DNA from: an uncultured Pelagibacteraceae bacterium
Lineage (GTDB): Bacteria; Pseudomonadota; Alphaproteobacteria; Pelagibacterales; Pelagibacteraceae
Length of the DNA: 64,000 bases
Assembly (NCBI GenBank): GCA_902595535.1
Contig: CACJQI010000003.1
Span: 20,383 to 84,382, forward strand
Reading direction: 5' to 3'
Of this stretch, positions 35,765 to 47,166 are shown one piece after another (within the stretch, counting starts at the first letter, position 1; each line of letters opens with the position of its first letter). Made by a program: the position numbers and the translations under genes. Below the pieces are notes generated by a model. That model did not search any database. It saw only the letters and a list, made by a program, of their open reading frames with translations, and was not told the DNA's origin.

Positions 35765-36715
35765 TTACCTGGTAATAAATTTAGGAAAATTTGATGCTAA
35801 TAACAACTTCAAATTATTTAAGTTTTTATTTTTACTTAACCTGTTATCAATCATCTTCCAGGCATATGGAATAAGCTTTAAATATTTTCTTTTTTTATCT
35901 CTTTCTGCCAATCTCATGAATATTCCTATAATCTTTAGATTTCTAAGAACTGATAAAATATCAAAATCATTCTTGAATTTATCTGCATCAATTTGTTTAT
36001 TAGTATTTAAATAATATTTGTACACTCTGTCTTTTAATGAATTAGGTGTTTTGTATCTAACATCATCAATTAAAGAGGCTAAATCATAGGCTTTGTTACC
36101 AAAAAGAGCATCTTGATTGTCAATTAATCCAATTTGATTTTTAAAGTTTATGATGAGGTTTGAAACATGAAAATCTCTATGAACAAAAGTATTATTTTTA
36201 AATTTTAAATTTGATAATAATAGCTTTATTTCTTTATTAAATTTGTTATTAAAAATCTTAATTTTTTTTTTATTTAATCTTTTTGGAACATACCAATAAC
36301 TAAATAACTTTGCCTCATCTAATAAAATCTTACTTTTGTAATCTTTAATTAGGTAAAATTTATTTCTGAAATTTTTGATTTTTTTATCTTTAATTAATTG
36401 AATTTTATTTAAAGCATTTATTGCTTTTTTAAATATTATATATTGATTTTTTTTATTTTTTAAAAATATTTGATAAATAGTTTTTTTTCCTAAATCCTGT
36501 ATTTCAATATAATTTTTTTTATAATTTTGACTTATTAGTTTTGGAGCTATTATGTTATTTTTGATTAAGATTTTATTAATGGAGTCATAAATTAATAAAT
36601 TTTTAAATTTTTCTCTCTTTGCAAATACTATAATTGAATTTTTTTTGGTGTTTCTGTAAAATTTTCTAAAAGAAGCATCTCCTTCAATTTCCTTAAATTC
36701 TTTTAAAAGTTTCAT
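35765..36715 (-). CDS. amgK: AmgK-like aminosugar phosphotransferase
   Basis: GDASFRKFYR, HRDFHVSNL, YDLASL, IIGIF.RL..RD.K. Context tsaE-amgK-murU. Confidence 0.82.
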   Translation of the reverse strand: MKLLKEFKEIEGDASFRKFYRNTKKNSIIVFAKREKFKNLLIYDSINKILIKNNIIAPKLISQNYKKNYIEIQDLGKKTIYQIFLKNKKNQYIIFKKAINALNKIQLIKDKKIKNFRNKFYLIKDYKSKILLDEAKLFSYWYVPKRLNKKKIKIFNNKFNKEIKLLLSNLKFKNNTFVHRDFHVSNLIINFKNQIGLIDNQDALFGNKAYDLASLIDDVRYKTPNSLKDRVYKYYLNTNKQIDADKFKNDFDILSVLRNLKIIGIFMRLAERDKKRKYLKLIPYAWKMIDNRLSKNKNLNNLKLLLASNFPKFITR

Positions 36716-36724
36716 ATTAAAGAA

Positions 36725-37180
36725 TCAGTCTAAACCATCAATTTTTACAGATCTATTATTTAATTCATTTTCATAATTAAATATTAAATTTATAGTCTTC
36801 TCAAAATTTCCTTTACTAATTAACTCAGGCCATTCAATAAGTGTTATTGTTTTTTGATTTTTATCAAATAGATCTAAATTTTTAACTTCAGATTCATCTT
36901 TTAATCTAAATAAATCATAATGTTTAATAATTAAATCATCTGCCTCATACTCATTAAGTAAGTTAAAAGTTGGACTTGTTACTTCTGTAGTTTGTAATCT
37001 TTTTTTCATTTGAAATTGATTAATTAAATATTTTACAAAAGTAGTTTTACCCACCCCCATTTCTCCATATAAAAAAATGACTTCTCCACCTTTAAGATAA
37101 TTAGAAAAACTTTTCGCTAATTCTTTGGTCGTCTCTTCTGAGGATATATCTATTAAGCTATTTTTAATAGCGATAGGCAT
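36725..37180 (-). CDS. tsaE: tRNA threonylcarbamoyladenosine biosynthesis ATPase
   Basis: [26 protein letters not shown]. Likely start ATG 37180. Confidence 0.92.
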   Translation of the reverse strand: MPIAIKNSLIDISSEETTKELAKSFSNYLKGGEVIFLYGEMGVGKTTFVKYLINQFQMKKRLQTTEVTSPTFNLLNEYEADDLIIKHYDLFRLKDESEVKNLDLFDKNQKTITLIEWPELISKGNFEKTINLIFNYENELNNRSVKIDGLD

Positions 37181-38450
37181 CTGGCTTGAAAGGACCTTCT
37201 GTCCCGACACTTATATAGTCGGCTTGTTCTTTAGATAATTTAGTAAGTTTAGCCCCAACTTTTTTTAAATGAAGCGTTGCAACTTTTTCATCCAAATGTT
37301 TAGGAAGAACATAAACTTTGTTTTCATAGTTTTTATGATTATTCCAAAGCTCTATTTGTGCAATTACTTGATTTGTAAATGAAGCACTCATTACAAAACT
37401 TGGGTGCCCGGTAGCGCAACCCAAATTTACCAATCTTCCCTCTGCTAATAAAATAATTCTTTTTTTGCTTGGCAATTCTATTTCATGAACTTGTGGTTTA
37501 ACCTCTGTCCATTTATAATTTTTTAATGCCTCAACTTGTATTTCATTATCGAAATGACCTATGTTACATAAAATTGCTCTATCTTTCATATCTCTCATAT
37601 GATCGGCTGTAACTATATCTTTATTACCAGTAGCAGTCACAACAATATCTGCTCGACTAATAGCTTCTTCCATTAAAACAACTTCATAACCTTCCATTGC
37701 AGCTTGAAGAGCACAAATTGGATCAGCCTCTGTTACTAAAACTCTTGCCCCACTTTGTCTTAATGATGCAGCACTACCCTTTCCTACGTCACCAAAGCCT
37801 GCGACAATAGCGATTTTTCCTGACATCATAACATCCGTAGCTCTTCTAATTCCATCAACTAAACTTTCTCTACAACCATATAAATTATCAAATTTTGATT
37901 TTGTTACAGAGTCATTTACATTGATTGCTGGCACTAAAAGTGAGTTATCTTTTTCCATTTTATTTAAAGCTTTGATTCCAGTCGTAGTTTCTTCGGAAAC
38001 ACCTTTAATATCTTTCATTAGATCTTGATATTCATTGTGCATAATTGCAGTTAAATCACCACCGTCATCTAAGAGCATATTTGGTTTCCAATCTGGCTTT
38101 CCAATTATAGTTTGTTTAATACACCATAAATATTCTTCTTCAGTTTCACCTTTCCAAGCAAAAACTGGTATACCAGCTTTAGCAATTGCTGCAGCTGCAT
38201 GATCTTGTGTTGAAAATATATTGCAAGAAGACCATCTAACATCAGCTCCTAAAGCAACTAGTGTTTCAATTAGTACTGCAGTTTGGATAGTCATGTGTAA
38301 GCAACCAATAATTCTTGCTCCATTTAAAGGTTTAGACTTTGAATATTCCTCTCGTAATGCCATTAAACCTGGCATTTCACTTTCTGCAATTGAAATTTCT
38401 TTTCTACCAAATTCAGCAGACGATATATCTTTTACCTTAAAATCTTCCAT
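37164..38450 (-). CDS. ahcY: Adenosylhomocysteinase
   Basis: [39 protein letters not shown]. Confidence 0.98.
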   Translation of the reverse strand: MEDFKVKDISSAEFGRKEISIAESEMPGLMALREEYSKSKPLNGARIIGCLHMTIQTAVLIETLVALGADVRWSSCNIFSTQDHAAAAIAKAGIPVFAWKGETEEEYLWCIKQTIIGKPDWKPNMLLDDGGDLTAIMHNEYQDLMKDIKGVSEETTTGIKALNKMEKDNSLLVPAINVNDSVTKSKFDNLYGCRESLVDGIRRATDVMMSGKIAIVAGFGDVGKGSAASLRQSGARVLVTEADPICALQAAMEGYEVVLMEEAISRADIVVTATGNKDIVTADHMRDMKDRAILCNIGHFDNEIQVEALKNYKWTEVKPQVHEIELPSKKRIILLAEGRLVNLGCATGHPSFVMSASFTNQVIAQIELWNNHKNYENKVYVLPKHLDEKVATLHLKKVGAKLTKLSKEQADYISVGTEGPFKPDAYRY

Positions 38451-38492
38451 GAGAAAACTTATATAATGAAGTATTAATTAATCAATAAGAGA

Positions 38493-40034
38493 TTACGAGG
38501 TTGGAAAACTAATTTCCATAATTGCACCATCACCATCAAGACGGTTTGATGCTACAATTTTACCATCATGCAAATCAACTAAATTTTTAACAATATTTAA
38601 GCCCAGGCCTGAGTGCTCTCCAAATTTATCTGGTCTGTTACTGTAAAATCTATTAAATATTTTTGACGTATCTTTCTCTTTAAATCCTTGACCTTCATCA
38701 ATAATTTTAACTGTGATTTTATTATCAGTCGATATAGAGACATCTACTAAAATCTCCCCTCCTTTTTTGGTAAAAGAGATGGAATTATCTAATAAATTTG
38801 CAATTATTTGTTCTATTCTATTTTCTATACCATTAATTAAATACTCTTTTTTACCATCATTTTTAAATTTTATATTTATACCTTTCTTGACATTATAAAT
38901 ACTATTGAAATCGTCTACGACAGATTGAATTATTGGTTCAATATTAATTTTCTTAATCTTTTCATTACTTAAAGCTACTTCATCTTTTAACATTTGAGAA
39001 TAATCTGTAATTAATCTTTCAATTCTAAGAACATCATGACTAAGAATATTCAATAATTTTAATCTTTGATCTGAGCTATTAGTATCTTTTAAAATTTCAG
39101 AAGCACTTTTCAATGATGCTAGAGGATTTCTAATTTCGTGCACAAGATCTGTTGAAAAATTTTCTGCGTGAGCTACTCTTTTTTGAAGTTCAGTTGTCAT
39201 ATCTTCTAAAGAATTAGATAGAAGTCCCAATTCATCATTTCTATTTTTTAAGTTATCAATACTAAATTTTTCATGGCTTTTTTCTTTAATAATTTTTGTA
39301 TAACTTACTAAATTTTGTATTGGTTTAATAAAATATCTACTTAAAACAAAAGAAAAAATTAAGATTACGAAACCCACTGAAATTACTGTTCTAATTACAA
39401 ATGCTTTTCGTTCGTCTATTGCAACTTTAATATCATTTGCATTTTCAGTAATTAAAACGTAACCAATATTTAAATCTTCCTTTGTTACATTTTTTATAGT
39501 TGTTAATTTAAACTGATTAAAATTTTCTTGCACAAAAGTAAAAGGGGTACCATATTCATCTGAGCTTATATATTTTTTTAAAATTAATTCAAAAGATAAA
39601 AATTTTTTCTCATCATTATTTTTTTTTATATTTTTATTTTCTTTATTAATTTTTTTTTCGTTCAAGCTTTCAAATTCAATATCATTTAATCTTGTTGAAA
39701 AAGCTCTTGGGTCAAGATCTAATGTATCTGTGTCACCAATAAGATTAAGCTCATTATCAAAAAAAATTACTCTATCTAAATTTTGAAAAATAAATCTTGT
39801 TGAAAATAAAAATTTTCTAATATCTTCAGTGACGAACTTTACCTCTAATCTAAGTAAATTATCAATAGTGTTATTAATAATATTTATATGATTGATTGAT
39901 TTTTTTTTTATTAAATTTGGCTGAATATTATGTAAATATATAATTGTAAATAATCCAATAATTGTAAAAATGATAAAATTTATGAATAAAAATTTTTTTA
40001 AAATTGATAAACTTTTTAAGTATTTACTAAACAT
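38493..40034 (-). CDS. chvG: Sensor histidine kinase ChvG
   Basis: HAMP domain; HEIRNPL, NLLDNS, GLGL. Downstream of chvI. Confidence 0.88.
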   Translation of the reverse strand: MFSKYLKSLSILKKFLFINFIIFTIIGLFTIIYLHNIQPNLIKKKSINHINIINNTIDNLLRLEVKFVTEDIRKFLFSTRFIFQNLDRVIFFDNELNLIGDTDTLDLDPRAFSTRLNDIEFESLNEKKINKENKNIKKNNDEKKFLSFELILKKYISSDEYGTPFTFVQENFNQFKLTTIKNVTKEDLNIGYVLITENANDIKVAIDERKAFVIRTVISVGFVILIFSFVLSRYFIKPIQNLVSYTKIIKEKSHEKFSIDNLKNRNDELGLLSNSLEDMTTELQKRVAHAENFSTDLVHEIRNPLASLKSASEILKDTNSSDQRLKLLNILSHDVLRIERLITDYSQMLKDEVALSNEKIKKINIEPIIQSVVDDFNSIYNVKKGINIKFKNDGKKEYLINGIENRIEQIIANLLDNSISFTKKGGEILVDVSISTDNKITVKIIDEGQGFKEKDTSKIFNRFYSNRPDKFGEHSGLGLNIVKNLVDLHDGKIVASNRLDGDGAIMEISFPTS

Positions 40035-40741
40035 TAGCTAACATTCCATCTATATCCACTACCATATCTAGTTTCAATAGCTGAAAAATCAGGGTCAACT
40101 TTTTTAAATTTTTTTCGTATTCTTTTAACATGACTATCTATAGTTCTATCCTCAATATCAGTGTCTTCTCTATAAGCAATATCCATTAACTGAGCTCTTT
40201 CTTTAATAATTCCAGGTCTTTTAGCTAGTTCTTTTACAATTAAAAATTCAGTAGTAGTTAATTTATCTGGTAATTGTTTATCATTCCATTCACATTCGAG
40301 CTGGGAAGGATCTAATTTCAATCGCCCATGTGCAATCAAACTTTTGTTTTCCTCTAGTGTATTGTTGCTATCTTTTTTTCTTAACTGAACTCTAATTCTT
40401 TCAATCAAAACTTTAATTGAAAAACCTCCGGATTTTTTTACAAAATCGTCAGCTCCTAATTTTAAACCTAACAACTCATCAATTTCATCATCTTTTGATG
40501 TTAAAAAAATTACTGGTAATGAGGTTTTTTTTCTAAGTTTTTTTAGAAGTTCCTCTCCATCCATTTTAGGCATCTTAATATCAATTACAGCTAAATCAGG
40601 AGGAGTTCTAGTAAGACCAATCAAAGCACTTTCACCATCTATATACGTTTGTACTTTAAAGCCTTCTTTTTCAAGAGCTATACTTAAACTTGTTAAAATA
40701 TTTCTATCATCATCAATTAAAGCTATAGTTTGTTTATTCAT
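40034..40741 (-). CDS. chvI: Response regulator ChvI
   Basis: DDDRNILTS, DIKMPKMDG, RTIDSHVKR.RKKF, IETRYG.GY. Confidence 0.92.
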   Translation of the reverse strand: MNKQTIALIDDDRNILTSLSIALEKEGFKVQTYIDGESALIGLTRTPPDLAVIDIKMPKMDGEELLKKLRKKTSLPVIFLTSKDDEIDELLGLKLGADDFVKKSGGFSIKVLIERIRVQLRKKDSNNTLEENKSLIAHGRLKLDPSQLECEWNDKQLPDKLTTTEFLIVKELAKRPGIIKERAQLMDIAYREDTDIEDRTIDSHVKRIRKKFKKVDPDFSAIETRYGSGYRWNVS

Positions 40742-40794
40742 TATTCTTTAATATAAAAATACTAAATTGTTCTAATTTGGGCAATCTTATAAAA

Positions 40795-43569
40795 TTAATG
40801 AAGCATACCCCAATTATCACCAACATTTATATCAACTGTTAATGGTATTGAAAATGAATGATAATCACTTTTGGTAACACTAGCCATTTCATCTTTAATT
40901 AATTTAACTATTGATTTTTCATTATTTTTTGGAACTTCAAATATTAATTCATCATGTATCTGTAATAACATTTTAGATTGAATATTTTTTTTATCAGATA
41001 ATTTTTTATTTAATCTGATCATTGCTAGACGCATAATTTCTGAAGCAGATCCTTGTATTGGAGCATTAATTGCTGCTCGTTCCTGAAAATTTCTTACATT
41101 AAAATTTTTATCATTAATTCCATTAAAGTGAGATCTACGGCCAAAAATGTTATTTACATATCCACTTTTTCTACAAAATTTAATTGTATCATCCATATAA
41201 ATTTTAATCTCAGGAAATTTTGTAAAATATGCATCTAAAAATTCTTCAGCTTCATAATTAGAAACATTAATTTGCTTTGCTAAACCATATTGTGAAATCC
41301 CATAAATAATCCCAAAATTTATAGCTTTAGCTTTTCTCCTTTGGTCCTGATCTACTTTTTTAATATCAACATTAAAAATCTGACTAGCTGTCAAAGAATG
41401 AATATCTTCATCGTTCTTAAAAGCTTTTTTTAATTCTTTAACATCAGCTAAATCAGCTAATATTCTCATCTCTATTTGATTGTAATCTGCCGAAATTAAC
41501 AAATGATTTTTTCGTGACGTGAAAGCTTTTCGAATATCTCTACCATCTTCTGATTTAATTGGAATATTTTGTAAATTAGGATCACTCGATGCAAGCCTAC
41601 CCGTTGTTGTTGCTGCTAATAAAAAAGAAGTGTGAACTCTTTTAGTATTAGGATTTATATGTTCTGGAAGAGAATCAGAATATGTATTTTTCAGTTTTGA
41701 AACCTGTCTCCAATCTAATACTAATTTAGGAAATTTATGACCTTTAAATGCCAAATCTTCTAAAACACTTGCACTTGTTGCAAAACTTCCTTTTTTAGTT
41801 TTTTTTAAACCTGCAATTTTAAGATCATTATAAATTATTTCACCTAATTGTTTGGGTGATGCGATATTAAAATCCTTTTTTGATATTTTAAAAATTTCTT
41901 TTTCTAAATTTTTAATTTTTTTTTCAAATTTAAAAGAAAGTGTTTTTAAAAATTTATTATCTACTTCAACTCCTTCCATCTCCATGAAAGCAAGAATTTT
42001 TATTAGTGGCTTTTCAAAAATTTCGTAAATATTAATCATTTTTTCTAATTTCAAATTTTTTAAAAATTTTTTATATAATCTAAAAGTGATGTCAGCATCC
42101 TCTGCTGCATAATCTTTAGCCCTTTCAATTTCTACCTCACTGAAATTTATTTCCTTTTTTCCAGTACCTACTATTTCTTTAAAAGAAATTGTTTTATGGC
42201 CTAAATGAATTTCAGATAGTGTATCCATATTGTGTCGGTTTTTGCCAGCATCTAAGACATATGACATCAACATAGTATCTTCCATTGATGTCATCTCTAT
42301 GCCTTGTTTAAATAAAACAATGAAATCAAATTTTATATTTTGACCAATCTTTTTTACACTTGGATCTTCTAATAAAGGTTTTAATTTTTTAATTACATCA
42401 TTTTTATTAATACATTTTGAGGACTTATGGCCAATAGGAATATAGCAAGCCTTACCAACTTTTGATGACAAAGAAATTCCTACTAAATCTGCTTGATGAG
42501 GATCTAGCGAGTTTGTTTCTGTATCCACTGCTAACTCACCTGTTTCCTCTGCTTCTTTAATCCATTCATCTATTTGTTTTATATCAGCGATTAAAAAATA
42601 ATTTTTGTTAGTAATTGGTTTTTGCTTTTCTATCAACCTGTCTTCAACTGTTTCTCTTGATAATTTTGGCTCACCATAAGCTGATATCGCAGAACTCAAT
42701 AATCTATTAAACTCCATTTCCCTTAAAAATTTATATAGTTTATCCTTATCTATTTCTTTTAATTTAAATTCACTTAGGTCTCTATTGACAGGAGAGTCTT
42801 GTTTTAATGTTACAAGTTGTTTGCTAATTATAGCCTTGTCTTTATTTTCAATTAGAGTTTCTCTTCTTTTATTTTGCTTTATCTCGTTAGCAGACTTTAA
42901 AAGTTTTTCTAAAGTTCCATATTTATTAATTAGCTCGGCAGCAGTTTTTACTCCTATACCAGGAACACCTGGGACGTTATCACTACTATCGCCTGCAAGA
43001 GACTGAACATCTATTACTTTTGATGCGTCAACTCCAAATTTATTAATTATATCTTCCTCAGAAATAAATTTATTTTTCATCGGATCAAATATACGAACAC
43101 CTTTTTTATACAATTGCATCAAATCTTTGTCAGATGAAACAATAGTAACTTTAGCTCCTTTTTTTAATATTTTTTCCACATAAGTGGCTATTAGATCATC
43201 TGCTTCATAATTAGGAAGATCAACTGAAGGTAAATTAAAAGCTAATACTGATCTTCTAATATATTCAAATTGAGGAGCAAGATCATCTGGTGCTTCAGAT
43301 CTATTTGACTTGTAATCACTATAAATTTCATTTCTAAATGTCTTTCTAGCTGAGTCAAAAATTACTGCAAAATGTGTTGGTTTTTGCAAATTTTGGTCTG
43401 ATTTAGAATCTTCTAGAAGTTTGAATAACATGCTACAAAAACCATTAACTGCACCAGTTGGAAGTCCATCGCTCTTTCTAGTTAAAGGTGGCAATGCATA
43501 GTATGCCCTAAAAATATATCCAGAACCGTCAATTAAATAAAAGTGATCTGTTTTTTGAATTTTACTCAT
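40795..43569 (-). CDS. polA: DNA polymerase I
   Basis: LIDGSGYIFRAYY, DTET, ADYNQIEMR, KAINFGIIYG, QIHDEL. Confidence 0.98.
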   Translation of the reverse strand: MSKIQKTDHFYLIDGSGYIFRAYYALPPLTRKSDGLPTGAVNGFCSMLFKLLEDSKSDQNLQKPTHFAVIFDSARKTFRNEIYSDYKSNRSEAPDDLAPQFEYIRRSVLAFNLPSVDLPNYEADDLIATYVEKILKKGAKVTIVSSDKDLMQLYKKGVRIFDPMKNKFISEEDIINKFGVDASKVIDVQSLAGDSSDNVPGVPGIGVKTAAELINKYGTLEKLLKSANEIKQNKRRETLIENKDKAIISKQLVTLKQDSPVNRDLSEFKLKEIDKDKLYKFLREMEFNRLLSSAISAYGEPKLSRETVEDRLIEKQKPITNKNYFLIADIKQIDEWIKEAEETGELAVDTETNSLDPHQADLVGISLSSKVGKACYIPIGHKSSKCINKNDVIKKLKPLLEDPSVKKIGQNIKFDFIVLFKQGIEMTSMEDTMLMSYVLDAGKNRHNMDTLSEIHLGHKTISFKEIVGTGKKEINFSEVEIERAKDYAAEDADITFRLYKKFLKNLKLEKMINIYEIFEKPLIKILAFMEMEGVEVDNKFLKTLSFKFEKKIKNLEKEIFKISKKDFNIASPKQLGEIIYNDLKIAGLKKTKKGSFATSASVLEDLAFKGHKFPKLVLDWRQVSKLKNTYSDSLPEHINPNTKRVHTSFLLAATTTGRLASSDPNLQNIPIKSEDGRDIRKAFTSRKNHLLISADYNQIEMRILADLADVKELKKAFKNDEDIHSLTASQIFNVDIKKVDQDQRRKAKAINFGIIYGISQYGLAKQINVSNYEAEEFLDAYFTKFPEIKIYMDDTIKFCRKSGYVNNIFGRRSHFNGINDKNFNVRNFQERAAINAPIQGSASEIMRLAMIRLNKKLSDKKNIQSKMLLQIHDELIFEVPKNNEKSIVKLIKDEMASVTKSDYHSFSIPLTVDINVGDNWGMLH

Positions 43570-43682
43570 TAAATTTTTGTAATTATTACAAGCCTAATAA
43601 AATCTGTATACAAAAAAATGTAAATTTAATTTATTACTAATTTATAACTAGATTATTAACAATTTTAAGAGTATTGTAGTTT

Positions 43683-44234
43683 ATGGAAGTTAGTAAAAAT
43701 ATTTCTTTTAATTCAAAATCAATAAAGTCATCAATAGTTGTTATATGTGGTTCACTATTGCTTGCAATTTCCGCAAAAATTCAAACCCCTTTCACTTTAG
43801 TACCTGCAACAATGCAAACTTTTGTTGTCTTATTTCTTGGTATGGTATTAGGGTATAAATTGGCAGCTATCACAGTAATTCTATACTTATTTGAAGGATC
43901 TATAGGACTTCCATTCTTTGCCAAAGGAAGTGGTGTTGGGTATTTAATGGGTCCAACAGGAGGATATTTAATTGGGTTTATTTTTACAGCTTATTTTGCG
44001 GGTAGAATTAAAATAAAAAATGATCCAATAATTATATTTAGTTATCTAATATTTGCAGTCAGCATATCCTATGTTTTAGGTTTATTTGGACTTTGGAATT
44101 ATATGGGATTTGATAAAAGTTTTAATGAGGTGTTCCATGCAGGTGCACAACCATTTTTAATCATTGAAATATATAAGATTCTAATTTTAACAGTTTTATC
44201 AAATCAAATATTAAAGATTAAAAAATTTATCTAG
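43683..44234 (+). CDS. bioY: Biotin transporter BioY
   Basis: VPATMQT, GLPFFA, GPTGGYLIGF. Confidence 0.9.
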   Translation: MEVSKNISFNSKSIKSSIVVICGSLLLAISAKIQTPFTLVPATMQTFVVLFLGMVLGYKLAAITVILYLFEGSIGLPFFAKGSGVGYLMGPTGGYLIGFIFTAYFAGRIKIKNDPIIIFSYLIFAVSISYVLGLFGLWNYMGFDKSFNEVFHAGAQPFLIIEIYKILILTVLSNQILKIKKFI

Positions 44235-44790
44235 GGGATCTCTTAGAAAGAATTCTTTGAAGAGTTCTTCTGTGCATTTTTAGTCTTCTTGCTGTCTCAG
44301 AAACATTCCTGTTACATAGTTCAAAAACTCTATGAATGTGTTCCCACTTTACTCTATCTGCAGACATTGGATTTTCTGGTGGAGCAGCTTTCTTATCAGG
44401 ATCTGCTAATAAGGCTCTCTCAACATCTTCAGCATCAGCTGGTTTAGCAAGATAGTCTATTGCGCCTTCTTTAATTGCAGCAACAGCAGTTGGAATATTC
44501 CCATACCCAGTTAACATAATTATTCTGCTGTCATTATTTGTCAGCTGGATTTGTTTTACTACTTCTAATCCATTACCATCACCTAATCTTAAGTCTACTA
44601 CAGCAAAACCTGGTTTTTTTGCTTTTACTGAATCTACACCTTTTTGTACACTCTCAGCTTGAAAAACTTCAAATCCCTTTTTTTCCATGGCTCTAGCCAA
44701 TCTTTCTCTAAACGGATTGTCGTCGTCAACTATTAGGAGAGATTTATTATCAAAATCACTAAGGTTTTTTAGGGCAATCTGTTCTTTCAT
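44227..44790 (-). CDS. regA: RegA/PrrA/ActR response regulator
   Basis: LTGYGNIPTAV, RVKWEHIHRV, NVSETARRL.MHRRTLQRIL.KR.PR. Confidence 0.95.
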   Translation of the reverse strand: MKEQIALKNLSDFDNKSLLIVDDDNPFRERLARAMEKKGFEVFQAESVQKGVDSVKAKKPGFAVVDLRLGDGNGLEVVKQIQLTNNDSRIIMLTGYGNIPTAVAAIKEGAIDYLAKPADAEDVERALLADPDKKAAPPENPMSADRVKWEHIHRVFELCNRNVSETARRLKMHRRTLQRILSKRSPR

Positions 44791-44936
44791 GACATTTATA
44801 TGGCTACTAACTTCTAAAATTCAATACCTATTATTTGCTTTACTTTGTTTACCTATGGGCTTATTAGGAGGAAATTTTAAAGTTTTTTATAAGTAAAAGA
44901 CTTTTTTTTGTTAAATTTTTTTTGGAGGCATTAATA

Positions 44937-46121
44937 ATGCAAAAATTTAAATCAGTTGAAGAGTTAGTAAATCAACTGAAACCTGAAAAACCTGTATACT
45001 GTATCAGAAAGAATTCTATTCAATCTGCAACTAAATTTTTCAAAGATAATTTCCCAGGTAAAATATTGTATGCGGTAAAAACTAATCCTCATCCAGTAGT
45101 TATCAAGCAGATAATTGAAAGTGGAGTAGATCAATTTGACGTTGCATCTATTCAAGAAATCAAAGCTATCAGAAAATTTAGTCAAACTGCCAAATGCTCC
45201 TACATGCATACTGTTAAAAGTAGAGAAAGTATTAAAGAAGCTTACTTTAAATATGGAATTAAAACTTTTTCACTAGACACTAAAGATGAATTAACAAAAA
45301 TTATTGAAAGTACAAATAATGCTAAAGACTTAGAATTATTTGTAAGAGTAGCAGTTTCCAATGAACATGCTGAAATAGATTTATCTAAGAAATTTGGTGC
45401 TTTGAGTTCTGAGGCTACAGGATTGTTAAGACTTGTTAAACAATATTCTAAAAAGATTGGTTTAAGTTTTCATGTTGGGTCTCAATGCATGCATCCAATT
45501 TCTTACGCTAAAGGAATTAGTGATATAGGAAATATAATAAAAAAAACAAAAATTATTCCAGACTATATTAATGTTGGTGGTGGATTCCCAACTATTTATC
45601 CAGACTTAATTCCCCAATCTATGGAAAATTATTTTAATGAAATTAAAAAAAGTTTAGATGATTTAAAACTTGAAAATTTACCAGAAATTATTTGTGAACC
45701 AGGAAGGGCTTTGGTGGCTGAAAGTGGTTCTACTATTGTAAAGGTAAATTTACGAAAAAAACAAAAGCTTTATATAAACGATGGAACCTATGGAACATTG
45801 TTTGATGCTGGTACACCAAACATTGTATTTCCATCTAAGATGATTAAAGAAAATACAAATAAAATAATTTCTAAAAAGCTTACAGCTTTTGATTTCTTTG
45901 GACCAACATGTGATAGTATGGATTATATGAAGGGTCCTTTTTTGTTACCTAACAATATAAAAGAAAACGATTATATCGAACTTGGTCAACTTGGTGCTTA
46001 TGGATTAACATTTAGAACTCAGTTCAATGGTTATTATTCTGATGAAATATATGAAGTGGAAGATCAACCTATTTTAACAATGTACGATAAAGACAGTAAC
46101 AAAGCTACTTTGGTTGCTTAA
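44937..46121 (+). CDS. Alanine-racemase-fold PLP basic amino acid decarboxylase (ornithine/lysine/arginine)
   Basis: YAVKTN, FDVAS, HVGSQ, EPGR, GPTCDSMD, GAY. ATG at 44937 follows SD GGAGG. Confidence 0.9.
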   Translation: MQKFKSVEELVNQLKPEKPVYCIRKNSIQSATKFFKDNFPGKILYAVKTNPHPVVIKQIIESGVDQFDVASIQEIKAIRKFSQTAKCSYMHTVKSRESIKEAYFKYGIKTFSLDTKDELTKIIESTNNAKDLELFVRVAVSNEHAEIDLSKKFGALSSEATGLLRLVKQYSKKIGLSFHVGSQCMHPISYAKGISDIGNIIKKTKIIPDYINVGGGFPTIYPDLIPQSMENYFNEIKKSLDDLKLENLPEIICEPGRALVAESGSTIVKVNLRKKQKLYINDGTYGTLFDAGTPNIVFPSKMIKENTNKIISKKLTAFDFFGPTCDSMDYMKGPFLLPNNIKENDYIELGQLGAYGLTFRTQFNGYYSDEIYEVEDQPILTMYDKDSNKATLVA

Positions 46122-47164
46122 TGTCTGATAATAAAAATCTAGGTCATAATAGTAAAAAAGACTTTTTAAAAAATCCAATTGAACATATCGATATTACTTC
46201 TTTCGATGCTAGGAAGATAATTTCCTCAATGGAAAAAATGTCTTTTGTTTCAAGAGAAACGGCCAATGCTGCAAATATTTATAACGAAATGCTAAAAGAT
46301 AAAGATTGCACTATATTTTTAACATTAGCAGGATCTACATCTGCTGCGGGTTGTATGAATATTTATAAAGATTTAGTTAAATACAACATGGTAGATGCAA
46401 TAGTTGCAACTGGAGCTTCTATTGTTGATATGGATTTTTTTGAAGCACTTGGATTTAAACATTACCAAGGTTCTCAATTTCAGGATGATACCGAATTAAG
46501 AAATAATTATATTGATAGGATTTATGACACTTATATTGATGAAGAAGAGTTACAAATGTGTGATAAAATTATTTGTGAGATTGCAAATACATTAGAACCA
46601 AAAAGTTACACATCTAGAGAATTTATATTTGAAATGGGCAAATATTTAAAAAAAAATTCTAAGAAAAAAGACTCTTTAATTGAAACAGCTTACGATAATA
46701 ATGTTCCAATTTTTTGTCCTGCTTTTACAGACTCTAGTGCTGGATTTGGTTTAGTAATACATCAAGAAAAAAACCCTAAAAAACATATGACAATCGATTC
46801 TATTAGAGAATTTAGAGAGCTTACAGAAATCAAAATTCAATCTAAAGGCTCAGGATTATTTATGATTGGAGGAGGTGTTCCAAAAAATTTTATTCAAGAC
46901 ACTGTAATATGCGCTGAACTTTTAGGTAAAGAAGTTGATATGCATAAATATGCTGTTCAAATTACAGTTGCTGATAGCAGAGATGGTGCGTGTAGCAGTT
47001 CAACTTTAAAAGAAGCAAGTTCTTGGGGTAAAGTAGATATTACTAAAGAACAAATGGTATTTGCTGAAGCAACAAGTGTTTTACCATTAATAGCTAGTGA
47101 CGCTTACCACAAAGGTGAATGGAAAAGCAGAGATAGAAAAAACTTTACAAAAATATTTAGATAA
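46121..47164 (+). CDS. Deoxyhypusine-synthase-like protein
   Basis: LAGSTSAAG, RIYDTYI, PAFTDSS, GGGVPKNF, DGACSS...EA.SWGK. Confidence 0.88.
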   Translation: MSDNKNLGHNSKKDFLKNPIEHIDITSFDARKIISSMEKMSFVSRETANAANIYNEMLKDKDCTIFLTLAGSTSAAGCMNIYKDLVKYNMVDAIVATGASIVDMDFFEALGFKHYQGSQFQDDTELRNNYIDRIYDTYIDEEELQMCDKIICEIANTLEPKSYTSREFIFEMGKYLKKNSKKKDSLIETAYDNNVPIFCPAFTDSSAGFGLVIHQEKNPKKHMTIDSIREFRELTEIKIQSKGSGLFMIGGGVPKNFIQDTVICAELLGKEVDMHKYAVQITVADSRDGACSSSTLKEASSWGKVDITKEQMVFAEATSVLPLIASDAYHKGEWKSRDRKNFTKIFR

Positions 47165-47166
47165 AA

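Noticed and set aside
44789-44896. Leader peptide or speF-type leader RNA upstream of the decarboxylase
   Set aside because: The short ORF starts on top of the divergent regA start codon, has no Arg/Orn-sensing signature, and I could not recognise a conserved structure.
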